A DNA stretch of 64,000 nt, taken from the NCBI RefSeq assembly GCF_009914755.1, contig NC_060927.1. One strand, 5' to 3'. A model generated the notes under the pieces. The model saw only the letters and a list, made by a program, of their open reading frames with translations. It did not search any database and was not told where the DNA came from. The stretch's first letter is position 1. Every line of letters begins with the position of its first letter. The DNA comes from the human T2T-CHM13v2.0 reference genome, Homo sapiens. The position numbers were made by a program, and so were the translations under genes. This document shows positions 31,518-60,868 of this stretch, one piece after another.

Positions 31518-32232
31518 TTCAACAACCTTTGCAAAATTATGATAGTAAAAGAAGTCTGACATGGCTGACTCCATCTTGCTTCTAAACTCTAAGCTGTCTA
31601 TGCTTATTCCTCAGTGTAGCCTAAGCTAACAATGGGAGGAATTTATATTTTAACTTGAAAGCAAGGACAATAATAGTTCCTCTCTAAAACTAACCTCCTC
31701 CTTGTTCACAGATTGAAAACCACATTTATAAGATTGATGAAAGGCCACAAGATTAGGATTATGGGAGGGGCCTGAATTCTAGTATAGTTTCTATAATCCC
31801 TTGTTCCTCAGGAGTCATGTGGCCACAGGATTTATGACTTTCCCAATTGCTCCTATAGATAACATCACTAAGATTTGTCTTTTGAGATTTTTTCAGACTT
31901 TCTGGCAACCAACTGATCCCACCAGGACCCATGACTCTTGACTCAGCTGGTCCTGTGGCCCATCCAGAGGTAGACTTAGCACATGATGACTGTTTTCCAC
32001 ACCCCCATGACTTCATTTCCAACCAATCAGCAGCACCCATTCCCTAGCCACCTGGCCACCAAATGGTCCGTAAAATGTCTAGCCTGTTAGTTCTCAGAGA
32101 ACTGATTTGAGAATTCAAATTCCTCTATGTGGCTGGCCTCATGTCAATTAAACTTTCATTACTGAAATGTGGGGATCTCAGTGAATTGATTTTGTCTGTG
32201 CAGTACTCAGGAAGAACTCATCAGGCAATTAC
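31518..32232 (+). mobile_element. LTR8-like ERV1 solo LTR
   Basis: cctttgcaaaattatga...gactccatcttgcttctaa; ends ggcaattaca. Confidence 0.6.
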
Positions 32233-32743
32233 AGGCCCAGAAAGAAGAGGCCTTCCTAATTTTGGCAGACTCTAGGACAGAAATACCTACACCAAAAGGA
32301 AAAGAGAACATTCATATGGTACTAAATACAGAGAACAAAACTGACTTTTGAAACAAAAATAATTATACTTTGACCTCCATTCCTAGATCATCTCTAGTGA
32401 CCTCTTCTCTTACATGCCTACCACTCACTTTTGTGGTTATATTATAAATCTTGGCATTACCTGATATTGCTCCACCATGACATTCACAAAAGCAGATATC
32501 TGATTCTATCACAACCTCCTATCACTTCAGCTTGCTTACTCAATTACATCTACTAACCTGCTTCTCAACTCCTTTGAAATCTTCAGTCAACTGTTCATTT
32601 ACTTTCTACAGTCTTTCATCCCACCTTCTATTATTATTTGCCTCTCATTATACAGCTGGGACTCGTAGGGGAGGAAAACTGTCCTCTACCCTCTCAGGTT
32701 CTCCAGCTGGGTCTTTGAAATAAACTGACAACATACAAATTAA

Positions 32744-33034
<291 letters not shown>

Positions 33035-34394
33035 TAAGAAAGATAAACTTAGAGAGAAGAGACAAGGCAAAGGAAAAGGACTTTGAGCTTCTATGAGTAA
33101 CAAATTGAGGGAAAGCAAATATATGGGGAAACTGATGATAGATAAGGGCTAGCCAGTAGGTTTGTTTATGTAGACTCTTTCTCAGTGCCATCTCATCTCT
33201 GGTGATAAGTTGTTTTCTTCCTGGTATGTAACCATAATAGATTTGTTTCCTGATGCACTCAGCAAGTCAATATACTGAGATACCAGGTTGCAGCAGAGAA
33301 AGCGTTTTAATCATAGGGCTGCAAACAAGGAGACAAGAAGAAACCTCAAATCCATCTCCCCAGGGGGTTTGGGGTTAGAGATTTTAAGGGTTTTGCAGTG
33401 GGCTGAAGTAAGGAGACTGTTGATTTGTAGAAAATTGTAGAGTGAAGTCATGGAAGAAGGAGATGAAAAAGCTGTATATATATATATACACTACCCATGA
33501 CTATATATATATATAGGCACAATAACAGTTTAATGTAGCCTTGACCTCCTGGGCTCAAAGAAACTGTATTCTCATGTTGATTCAGTTCCTCTGTGGGGGT
33601 CTTCAAACATTCAAGTTGTACCACTGGAATTCAGAATCTGCTTAAGCACTTTCTTTTTTTTTTTTTTTACACACTGTCCCACTCTGTTGCCCAGGCTGAA
33701 TGTAGTGGCACAATCACAGCACACTGCAGCCTTGACTTCCTGGGCTCAAGCAATCCTCCCAACTCAGCTTCCTGAGTGGCTGGGACTGTTACAGGTAGTT
33801 AAATAGGCATGTGTGGGGCAGGACAGGGCTCTTCTTCCCCACCCACTAAGAACGTCAGGTGATGGTTCAAAAATTTTCACACTGACTCTAAAAATAATTT
33901 GGCAGCCAGTGACAGGGAGGGACAATCTCCTGATGACCCACAGCTATTACCATTCAAGTGTTAGGCCAGGCACATTGGCTCACTCCTGTAATCCCAGCAC
34001 TTTGGGTGGCCAAGGCAGTTGGATCACTTGAGGTCAGGAGTGCAAGAACAATCTAGCCAACATGACAAAACCCTGCCTCTACTAAAAATACAAAAAAAAA
34101 AAAAATTAGCCAGGCATTGTGGTGCATGCCTGTAATCCCAGCTCCTCAGGAGGCTGAGGCACGAGAATCACTTGAACCTGGAGGCAGAGGTTACAGTGAG
34201 TCGAGATGGCACTACCGCACTCCAGCCTGGGTGAAGAAGTGAAACTCTGTCTCAAAAAAAAAAAAAAAAAAAAAAAGCCCAGGCAGGGTGGCTCATGCCT
34301 GTAACTCCAGCACTTTGGGGGGCCAAGGCAGGTGGATCATGTGAGGTTAGGAGTTCAAGACCAACCTGGCCCAAATGGTGAAACCCTGTCTCTA

Positions 34395-34796
<402 letters not shown>

Positions 34797-34831
34797 CTAA
34801 GGGAAGAAACATGGGAAAGAGGCAAGCTTAT

Positions 34832-39079
<4,248 letters not shown>

Positions 39080-39958
39080 CCTATAAAGTCCTAGGATCAA
39101 GATTAAACACCACACTTGACCTTCAGGTGCCCACTTGGATCTCGTCCAAGTGAATTTTCCTTCTTTCCTGTTCTAAAGCCTTTAAAATAAACTTCCACTC
39201 CTGCTCTGAAACTCACCTCTGTCTCTTCTTCTGCCTTCTGCTCCTCAGTTGAAATCTTTCTTCTGAGGAGACAAGAATTGAAGTTGCTGCAGACCCATAC
39301 AAAGTCGCTGCTGCCGGTAACTCAGATACCTTCCAACAGTAACAGGACTACAAGCATGCACCACCATGCCCAGCTAATTTTTTTTAGTTTCTATAGAGAC
39401 AGAATCTCATTATGTTGCCCAGGGTGGTCTCAAACTCCTGGACTCAAGTGATCCTCCTGCTTCAGCTTCCTAAAACGCTGGGATTATAGGGGTGAGCCAT
39501 CATGCCTGGCCAAGCACTTTTTAAATAAAATTCTTATGATTCTAATATCAGAGCTCCTACCTATCTTAAAAACTTTATGATTTTAACATCAGAAATTCTA
39601 TTTATAGGAACAATGGGGATGCAAATCTGGTGCTATGTAACTTTTGGTTATGAGGAAGTGAGTCAAAGTGCAGCTTGATTAATGCTTAATTATAATTGTA
39701 TTTCTGTCCATTATTCTTGCTAACCCCGTGACAACAACTTCATTAAGTGTGTGAGTGGTGGGAGGAACACCTTCACAAGAGGAAATGTATGTTTTACTCT
39801 CAGGCAGATAGGAGAGGGCAGAGAGCTCATGTTATGTCTGCTTTTTATTAATTGTCTTCAGCTCAAAATAATCCTTACACCAGAGAGACATTTTTGGGGA
39901 TGGTATATTTTGATCTCCTATAGACTCTACAGACCACTCCTGCAGCCACTCTGATGCT

Positions 39959-40860
39959 GATGATGGGGCTCAGGATACACCAACCCAAAATATGACCATA
40001 GGAGACTAGAACACATCACCCTAAAATATGCCTCTTTGACATATTGATTATTCTGATCTAGTTATTCTGGGAAGCTGCAGACACAGAAGCAGCTATGAAA
40101 AGTTGTCCTTTTATCTCAATAAAGGAAATCTCCATTGATAAGGATGTCTCCCTCTCTGCACCAAGAAGACACTGATTATTAAATCACTATATACACTTTT
40201 TGTTTTTTTGACATGAAGTCTCACTCTGTTGCCCAGGCTGGAGTGCAGTGGCATGATGTCTGCCTCCTGGGTTCAAGCAATTCTCCTGCCTCAGTCCCCT
40301 AAGTAGCTGGGACTACAGGCATGCACCACCACGTCTAGCTAATCTTTTTTTTTTTTTTTTGTATTTTTAGTGGAGATGGGGCTTTGCCATGTTGGCCAGG
40401 CTGGTCTCAAATTCCTGAGCTCAGGTGATCAGCCCACCGCATCCTCCCAAAGTGCTGGCATTACAGACATGAGCCACCAGTCTGGCCCTAAATCACTAGA
40501 GACTCTTAAACAATCAAGGCAGAATCACCTGAAATCTGCATAACAAACCTTATCTCCGTTTAAGGTAATTTTGCTGGTCATCTCAACTTAACTGAATCTG
40601 TCTCCACATCCTTCTTTGTTGTTGTTGTTGTTGTTGTTGTTTTCAGAAAATGATAATATTCAACCCTGAAGTTTAAAATCTTTTTTTGTTAATTTTTATT
40701 TTTTAAGATTTACTCATCTCTCTGGGTTATCTCCCATGCATACAAGAGGTATACAAGTTATTAAACTTGTTTTTCTCTTGTTCAATCTGTCTTTTGTTAC
40801 AGAGAGTCTCAGCTAAGAACTCATGAAGGGAAGATAGATAGTCATATTTCTTCCCCTATA
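39959..40860 (+). mobile_element. MER39/MER34-like LTR with antisense Alu (40203-40487)
   Basis: Similar to the 1251-2030 and 61706-62670 copies (ccaaaatatg; ctaagaactcatga; cccctata end). Confidence 0.55.
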
Positions 40861-41204
40861 CCAAAATATTTAACAACTTTACACCACTCCCCTTCTGTAA
40901 ACTGAGTTTTACCCAGCCATCTTAGCCCTTAGCAGCATTAGCAAAATAGGGAGAAAGATCACGTAACACAGATTGGTATCACTATAAATTCATGATCCCC
41001 AAACTGAACTAGACTATTAGCACTGCCTGATATCATGGCTGTCTCACTAGTCAACTCATACTTCTTTCTTTACCATCTTAACCATTTTTTGAGTGTGCAG
41101 TTCAGTAGTGTTAACTATATTTACATTGCTATGCAACAGATCTCCAGGACTTTTTCATCTTGCATATCTGAAACTCATTAAACAACTCCACCATTCCTGG
41201 TAAC

Positions 41205-42036
<832 letters not shown>

Positions 42037-43898
42037 GTAACAACCATTCTACTTTCTGTTTCTGTACATTTGTTATATGTTATTCTTTATGACAATAACA
42101 AACCTTCACCCAATCTTTAGTATCCGCAGAGGTAGTCTGTCTACCTCTTTCACAGAGAATGCGAACTGTATCAAATTATAGCCATCATGTCTATAAATTG
42201 TCCTCCATACCCACCTTAAGTTTCTTCCTTTCTTCTTGTTACAATGAAAGTGGTATTTCTTCCTCTTATACGAAACCAATCTCTCCATCTCTCCTCTAAA
42301 TAGCATCTCTCCTCTATATACCATCTCTGTTAATCTTCTCAGGAAGTCTACCCATCCCATTATCCTTTCTTTCTCTTACCCCTTTGCTGATGATTCTAAC
42401 AGCATTTAAAATGTCAGGCCTCTCCCAATCTAACATAATAATAATGAAGAAAATTTTCCTGGACTCCACATCCAGGGACTGAGCACGCTGTCTTTTCTTT
42501 AGACAAATTTCATAGAAATGTTTAAACTTGCTGATTCTATTTTCTCATAATCTCCTCATTCCTTATTCACTCTCATCTGGCTAAAGCCCCCAAACCTCAC
42601 AATGAAGGTCCCAGTGGCCCTTGTATTGCTAAATCTAGTAGATACTTTTCAGTCTGCATTGCATGATCTCTAGGCAATATTTGACCCTGTTACCCATCCA
42701 CTTGTCTTTGAAAACACCTTTTCCTTGATTTCTATGTCATATTCTGGTTGTTTTCCTCCCATCTCTTTAGCTGCTTATTTTCAGTTTCTTTTGTCCATTC
42801 CTGTTCTCTACCCAAGCCCTAGGTAATCTCTTCCACCCATATGGTTTCACAGACTCTATGTTAATAACTCTCAAATATGTATCTTTGGTGCATTCTTCTT
42901 TCACCTAAACTCTAGACCCATACAGCCAACTGCCAAATATCCTAAAGGAGATATCATTTGGCTATTTTGAAGAGAGATGAAAAGCCGCATGTCTAACACT
43001 ATACTTACCATCTCTGCCCTCACACCATATACTCCTTTTCACTGTCTGCCCAGGTGCTCAAACCAGACTATTGACTTGTTCCTCTCCTTCTCTCCCAAAT
43101 TGATCACCAAATTCTGTCATGTCCAGCTCTTAAATATCTTTCAAATATTCCCCCTTTTCTTTGCCTTTACTGCCACCACTGTTGTCCAAGCCACTAACAT
43201 CACTTACCTGATCTATTTAGTATTCATTCATCAGCAAATTATTATTGAGTTTCCGATACTTGCCAAGCACTGTTGTAGACATTGAAGGTAGAGCAGAGAA
43301 TCAAATACAAGAGTTCTCTACTTTGTAAGTAACACCTAAATCTTTGAATCCATGCTTTGTCTTCCAACTCTTGAAAGAGACGTTGGTATAGAGAAATCGT
43401 TCTCTATTATATAATAAACAGTGCAGGCAAAATACATGGCAAATGACATTTGCACCAGTGTAGAAAAGATAACATGTGGTGGAATAAGCTCTGGGGAACT
43501 GGAGAGTGGGTGCCTTGACTACAAAACAGCCTTTATTTAGGTCTAACCATTGTTTCCAAGAAGAAATATGAGCCAAGAGAGAGCATTCAGACCTTCTAGT
43601 TTTTCAATTCTAGTGTTTATGTGACATTGTCTTATGGGTTTTTATATATTTCCTTGCTTTTAAAATTTATTTCTTTTTCTTTTCTTTTTTTGTGTATTTT
43701 TTGTAGAGAGAGGGTTTCACCACGTTGGCCAGGCTGGTCTGGAACTCTTGAGCCCAAGCAATCTGCCTGCCTTGGCCTCCCAAAATGCTGATTATAGGCA
43801 TGAGCCACTGCTCCTGGCCTACAATTTATTTTTTATTTTTTTGATACCTTACATCCCATATTACAAGCTATTTTTCTATGCCAAAACATGTATTTTGA

Positions 43899-44197
43899 GG
43901 CCGGGCGCGGTGGCTCACGCCTGTAATCCCAGCACTGTGGGAGTCCGAGGCGGGCGGATCACGAGGTCAGGAGATCGAGACCATCCTGGCTAACACGGTG
44001 AAACCCTGTCTCTACTAAAAATACAAAAAATTAGCCGGGCGCGGTGGCGGGCGCCTGTAGTCCCAGCCACTCGGGGGCTGAGGCAGGAGAATGGCGTAAA
44101 CCCGGGAGGCGGAGCTTGCAATGAGCCGAGATCGCGCCACTGCACTCTGGCCTGGGTGAAAGAGCGAGACTCCGTCTCAAAAAAAAAAAACAAAAAA
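43899..44197 (+). mobile_element. AluY
   Basis: CpG-rich; gagatcgagaccatcctggctaacacgg and gaatggcg diagnostics; TSD-like gtattttga. Confidence 0.9.
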
Positions 44198-45273
44198 ACG
44201 TATTTTGAAAATCACTGTGCTTTTTGTTGGAGGTAAGATGTCTGAAACCTGGAAATATTCTTAATCTAGAATAGGTCAGATCCCAGACATATTGAATAAA
44301 TTATGTTCTGCTATATTTATAGAAACACTTCCAAAGATTTTTCACATAAAGAATCTTAGTAAACTTAACAGAATGAAATTTCCTTTACTTGACAAAGATC
44401 ATATAGCAAAAACCTTCATAAAATATTAATGGAAAAACTTCAGATGTATCTCTTTAAAGAACAGGAACAAGAAAAAATAACCTCTACACTGCTATTTGTT
44501 ATAACTACTAGACGATATTTATTCTTGATTTTTTTCCATGTTTGGGAGTAAACTCATGATTATTTTGCTATCACCACCTCACCTTTCTAACATGATAGTA
44601 ATCAGTCTCTTAGACAAGATCTCGTTTTTTAAAATCATTTGGAAAAGACTATGCCTACCTTCTTTTATTTTAGTAAACTATATACAATATAAACATTTCC
44701 ATTTTAGTCATTTTCAAGTGTACAGTTCAATGGCATTAAGTACATTCACGTTCTTGTACAACCATCACTACTATCCATCTCCAGAACTTTTTCATCATCC
44801 CATACTGAAAATTCATACCTATTAAACAGTAACTGCCCATTCTTCCCTTTCCCCAGCCCCTGGTAAACACTATTCTACTTTCTTTCTTTATGATTTGACT
44901 ATTCTAGGCACTTCATATAGGTGGACTTATACAATATTTGTCCTTTTGTGCCTGGCTTATCTCAGTGTATAATGCCTCCAAAGTTTATCCATGTTGTACC
45001 ATGTATCAGAACTTCATTCCTTTTTAAGACTGAATAATAGAGGGAGGAGCCAAGATGGCCGAATAGGAACAGCTCCGGTCTACAGCTCCCAGCGTGAGCG
45101 ACGCAGAAGACGGTGATTTCTGCATTTCCATCTGAGGTACCGGGTTCATCTCACTAGGGAGTGCCAGACAGTGGGCGCAGGCCAGTGTGTGTGCGCACCG
45201 TGCGCGAGCCGAAGCAGGGCGAGGCATTGCCTCACCTGGGAAGCGCAAGGGGTCAGGGAGTTCCCTTTCCGAG

Positions 45274-45489
45274 TCAAAGAAAGGGGTGACGGACGCACCT
45301 GGAAAATCGGGTCACTCCCACCCGAATATTGCGCTTTTCAGACCGGCTTAAGAAACGGCGCACCATGAGACTATATCCCACACCTGGCTCGGAGGGTCCT
45401 ACGCCCACGGAATCTCGCTGATTGCTAGCACAGCAGTCTGAGATCAAACTGCAAGGCGGCAACGAGGCTGGGGGAGGGGCGCCCGCCAT
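45274..45489 (-). CDS. L1 ORF0 (71 aa, antisense)
   Basis: MAGAPPPASLPPCSLISDCC...RCVRHPFL; ATG complement at 45487-45489. Confidence 0.8.
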   Translation of the reverse strand: MAGAPPPASLPPCSLISDCCASNQRDSVGVGPSEPGVGYSLMVRRFLSRSEKRNIRVGVTRFSRCVRHPFL

Positions 45490-45944
45490 TGCCCAGGCTT
45501 GCTTAGGTAAACAAAGCAGCCGGGAAGCTCGAACTGGGTGGAGCCCACCACAGCTCAAGGAGGCCTGCCTGCCTCTGTAGGCTCCACCTCTGGGGGCAGG
45601 GCACAGACAAACAAAAAGACAGCAGTAACCTCTGCAGACTTAAGTGTCCCTGTCTGACAGCTTTGAAGAGAGCAGTGGTTCTCCCAGGAGGCAGCTGGAG
45701 ATCTGAGAACGGGCAGACTGCCTCCTCAAGTGGGTCCCTGACTCCTGACCCCCGAGCAGCCTAACTGGGAGGCACCCCCCAGCAGGGGCACACTGACACC
45801 TCACACGGCAGGGTATTCCAACAGACCTGCAGCTGAGGGTCCTGTCTGTTAGAAGGAAAACTAACAACCAGAAAGGACATCTACACCGAAAACCCATCTG
45901 TACATCACCATCATCAAAGACCAAAAGTAGATAAAACCACAAAG

Positions 45945-46961
45945 ATGGGGAAAAAACAGAACAGAAAAACTGGAAACTCTAAAACGCAGAGCGCCTCTCC
46001 TCCTCCAAAGGAACGCAGTTCCTCACCAGCAACAGAACAAAGCTGGATGGAGAATGATTTTGACGAGCTGAGAGAAGAAGGCTTCAGACGATCAAATTAC
46101 TCTGAGCTACGGGAGGACATTCAAACCAAAGGCAAAGAAGTTGAAAACTTTGAAAAAAATTTAGAAGAATGTATAACTAGAATAACCAATACAGAGAAGT
46201 GCTTAAAGGAGCTGATGGAGCTGAAAACCAAGGCTCGAGAACTACGTGAAGAATGCAGAAGCCTCAGGAGCCGATGCGATCAACTGGAAGAAAGGGTATC
46301 AGCAATGGAAGATGAAATGAATGAAATGAAGCGAGAAGGGAAGTTTAGAGAAAAAAGAATAAAAAGAAATGAGCAAAGCCTCCAAGAAATATGGGACTAT
46401 GTGAAAAGACCAAATCTACGTCTGATTGGTGTACCTGAAAGTGATGTGGAGAATGGAACCAAGTTGGAAAACACTCTGCAGGATATTATCCAGGAGAACT
46501 TCCCCAATCTAGCAAGGCAGGCCAACGTTCAGATTCAGGAAATACAGAGAACGCCACAAAGATACTCCTCGAGAAGAGCAACTCCAAGACACATAATTGT
46601 CAGATTCACCAAAGTTGAAATGAAGGAAAAAATGTTAAGGGCAGCCAGAGAGAAAGGTCGGGTTACCCTCAAAGGAAAGCCCATCAGACTGACAGCGGAT
46701 CTCTCGGCAGAAACCCTACAAGCCAGAAGAGAGTGGGGGCCAATATTCAACATTCTTAAAGAAAAGAATTTTCAACCCAGAATTTCATATCCAGCCAAAC
46801 TAAGCTTCATAAGTGAAGGAGAAATAAAATACTTTATAGACAAGCAAATGTTGAGAGATTTTGTCACCACCAGGCCTGCCCTAAAAGAGCTCCTGAAGGA
46901 AGCGCTAAACATGGAAAGGAACAACCGGTACCAGCCGCTGCAAAATCATGCCAAAATGTAA
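45945..46961 (+). CDS. L1 ORF1p, 338 aa, intact
   Basis: MGKKQNRK...NHAKM; REKG, ARR and YPAKLS motifs intact. Confidence 0.97.
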   Translation: MGKKQNRKTGNSKTQSASPPPKERSSSPATEQSWMENDFDELREEGFRRSNYSELREDIQTKGKEVENFEKNLEECITRITNTEKCLKELMELKTKARELREECRSLRSRCDQLEERVSAMEDEMNEMKREGKFREKRIKRNEQSLQEIWDYVKRPNLRLIGVPESDVENGTKLENTLQDIIQENFPNLARQANVQIQEIQRTPQRYSSRRATPRHIIVRFTKVEMKEKMLRAAREKGRVTLKGKPIRLTADLSAETLQARREWGPIFNILKEKNFQPRISYPAKLSFISEGEIKYFIDKQMLRDFVTTRPALKELLKEALNMERNNRYQPLQNHAKM

Positions 46962-47000
46962 AGACCATCGAGACTAGGAAGAAACTGCATCAACTAATGA

Positions 47001-50852
<3,852 letters not shown>

Positions 50853-51060
50853 ACAATGAGATCACATGGACACAGGAAGGGGAATATCACACTCTGGGGA
50901 CTGTGGTGGGGTCGGGGGAGGGGGGAGGGATAGCATTGGGAGATATACCTAATGCTAGATGACACATTAGTGGGTGCAGCGCACCAGCATGGCACATGTA
51001 TACATATGTAACTAACCTGCACAATGTGCACATGTACCCTAAAACTTAGAGTATAATAAA

Positions 51061-51092
<32 letters not shown>

Positions 51093-51483
51093 AAAGACTG
51101 AATAATATTCCATTGTATGTACATGCAACATTTTTTAATCTATTCATCTGTTCATGGATATTTGGGTTGCTTCCACCTTTTGGTTATTATCAATAATGCT
51201 ACAATGACATTAGAGTACAAGTGTCTGTTTGTGTCTCTGCTTTCAATTTCTTTGGGTATATTACTAGGAGTAGAATGGCTGCAGAATATGTTCATTCTGT
51301 GTTTGGTTACAAATATATGTGGAGGCTGAATTGGCCCCAAAGGCCACCAATTTACAAATGTGTTTTAATTTCATTTCACATTAAACTTTCCAAATGAGCT
51401 AGGAGGAGACAGAAACTTACCGTGGCTTATCACGTTCCAAGCATAGTGCCAGGTACTGGTGATAAACTGGTCAAAAAGATTAG

Positions 51484-51954
<471 letters not shown>

Positions 51955-52059
51955 TAGGATATATGGAGGAAAACACAACACAACACAGCTACAACTCCGT
52001 GACAACTGAGAGCGTAGTCTTCGAGTACCCAGTTGCCTACTGACAGCCGTCTCCTCTAA

Positions 52060-52410
52060 GGCGCTTCTTTTAGCCAAGAAAGCGTTCTTTGCGTGCTGTG
52101 ACGTAAAAAGCAGCGCCGGAAGGGAGAGGGCGGAACTTCCGGCTGAGCCCCAGCGACCGCTTTGGTCGGCTGTGTAGACTGTTGGGTAGGCTGCGTGCTA
52201 GCTTCGGCGCGGATCCCTGGGCGTCCGTACGTCGGAGTCCTTCGTCCTCCAGGGTCCCTGTTCTTTGCGCCAGCGGGAACCACTATCTCTGCACTCCTGG
52301 TAAGCGAGTTTCTTCTTTCGCCTAATGTGTGTGTTGGGGGTGGGAGGACGCCGGAGACGTTCCAAGATGCACTTAGTGGAGCATGTGCGTTCGGAAGGCC
52401 CACGGGTAAG
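52060..52410 (+). promoter_or_regulatory. TRMT10C: TRMT10C CpG-rich promoter
   Basis: CpG-dense; CRE-like TGACGTAA 52099-52106; ETS/GABPA CCGGAAG 52116-52122 and ACTTCCGG 52135-52142; GC box GGGCGG 52128-52133. Confidence 0.8.
52145..52299 (+). other. TRMT10C: TRMT10C non-coding exon 1 (start approximate)
   Basis: Donor CTG|GTAAGC at 52299/52300; acceptor ttttcttcttttacag|55065 lies 12 nt before the ATG. Confidence 0.7.
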
Positions 52411-52668
52411 AGGAAGCCCAGTGATTTTAATAAACTATAACTAGCACAGTACCTGAAACAAAATCAGTGGTTCCTGAAATGATGTACTTGATTGCTTTTT
52501 ACAATTGGGGTTTTCATTTCTGTGGTATTCTAAGTCCTTGCCAGTTACAAGAATAAAACTTTTAAAACTCCTTCTGAAATCAATGTTTATTAGATTGGGG
52601 CCTGGGGACCCCAGTTAAATATTTCCGGGATTCTAAAGTAAATTGTTTTCTCTTTAAAGGGAGGCTGA

Positions 52669-54888
<2,220 letters not shown>

Positions 54889-55007
54889 TGAGTGATCACA
54901 GGCTGTAGACCACAGGAGTCTAGGAAAAAAATTGGTACAAAGATTTTACCTTGTGTTTCAAAAATTGATTTTATTTTGCTATTTCAAATTTATACTTGCA
55001 CAATTAG

Positions 55008-56288
<1,281 letters not shown>

Positions 56289-56470
56289 TTCATTTTCAAA
56301 AGGTTCTCTGAATGTGCACAGAACACGTGGCTCAAATGAGAACATTTGATGGCTTAAAAAGTAAATGCGTTAGAAATACAGTTCTGTTAATGTATTTCTT
56401 CCCAAACAATTCATTTTTCTCTTCTAAAGGTAGTCTTTCCCAACTGACTGTAGGGTTGTGTCTTTTCCCA

Positions 56471-56527
56471 ATTAAATATCTGCAGAACTTTGGGATTATA
56501 CTTTGTTTACTGTAGAAAGATAATAAA
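56471..56527 (+). terminator. TRMT10C: TRMT10C polyadenylation signals
   Basis: ATTAAA 56471-56476 and AATAAA 56522-56527. Confidence 0.6.
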
Positions 56528-57120
56528 AAGAGTTGTCCAAGATTGTTGAACAGAATAATCTTTATCCCAGTTAAATAGTTGTACCATTGGTAGACTTTTT
56601 TATGGAGGTTCCTAGAGGGTGGTGCCCTGGGGTGGGCTTGGAAGCTCTGCACCCCTTCCCCCATAGCTTTCCCCATGCATCTCTTTGTCTGTATGTTTTG
56701 TAATATCTTTTACAGTAAACTGGTAAATGTGTTTCCTTCAATTCTATGAGCCATTCAAGCAAATTAATCAAGAGAAGGAGTTGGTACCCCAACTTGAAGC
56801 CAGTCAGAAGTTCTGTAGGCCCAGATTTGCAACTTGTTTCTGGTGGGAGAAGGGAGTAGTTTTGGGGACCGGGCCCTCAATCTGTGGGCTCTGACACTAT
56901 CTCCAGGTAGATAGCGTCTGAATTGAATTACAGAACACCTAGCTGGTGTCCACTGCAGAACTGATAGCTTGTGTGTTGAGAAATTCCCCCACATTTGGTC
57001 ACAGAGGTCTTCTGTGTTGCTTGTTGAGTGAGAAAATAGGAAAAAGGACTTTGTGGGGGGTTTTCTATACAACTATGAAAAACGGGTTCACAGGGATAAA
57101 ACTGATTTCTTGTCCTCTTA

Positions 57121-57306
<186 letters not shown>

Positions 57307-57442
57307 CTACTTGGGAGGCTAAGGTGGGAGGATCACTTGAGCCTGGGAGGTGGAGGTTGCAAGTGAGCCAACATTGTGCTGCTGTGCTATAGCCTGGGCA
57401 ACAGAGAGAGACCCTGTCTGAGAAATTAAAAATAAAGTTTTT

Positions 57443-57743
<301 letters not shown>

Positions 57744-57884
57744 AAAAATAAAGTTTTTGAAAACATGGGAAATAGGAATGATATAGGCAACTATTCCCAA
57801 TTTCTGAATTGGAAATTGGCATAAACGTCCAATGCATTTCTTTTCTTTCTGTTTCTTTTTTTGTGATGGAGTCTCACCTTGTAA

Positions 57885-58082
<198 letters not shown>

Positions 58083-58129
58083 TAAAAGACTGCATCCACT
58101 AAGGAGGTATTCCTTTCTTAATTTGCCCA

Positions 58130-60680
<2,551 letters not shown>

Positions 60681-60682
60681 GG

Positions 60683-60868
60683 GCAGTGGTTCTCAAAGTG
60701 TGGTTCCCCAACGAGCAGCATCAGCATTACTTGGGAACTAGTTAGAAATGCAAATTTTAGGGCTCCAGCCATTGAGTCAACTGAATCAGAAACTGGCAAT
60801 GGGGCCCAGCAATCTGTTTTAACATGTCCTTCAGGTGATTCTGATGTACACTGAAATTGAGAATAGTC
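60683..60868. mobile_element. MER5A
   Basis: cagtggttctcaaagtgtggttccc...ctgaatcagaaact...tgagaatag. Confidence 0.8.

Noticed and set aside
52056-52403. 115-aa antisense ORF over the TRMT10C promoter
   Set aside because: Non-ATG start in GC-rich promoter sequence; no recognisable domain.
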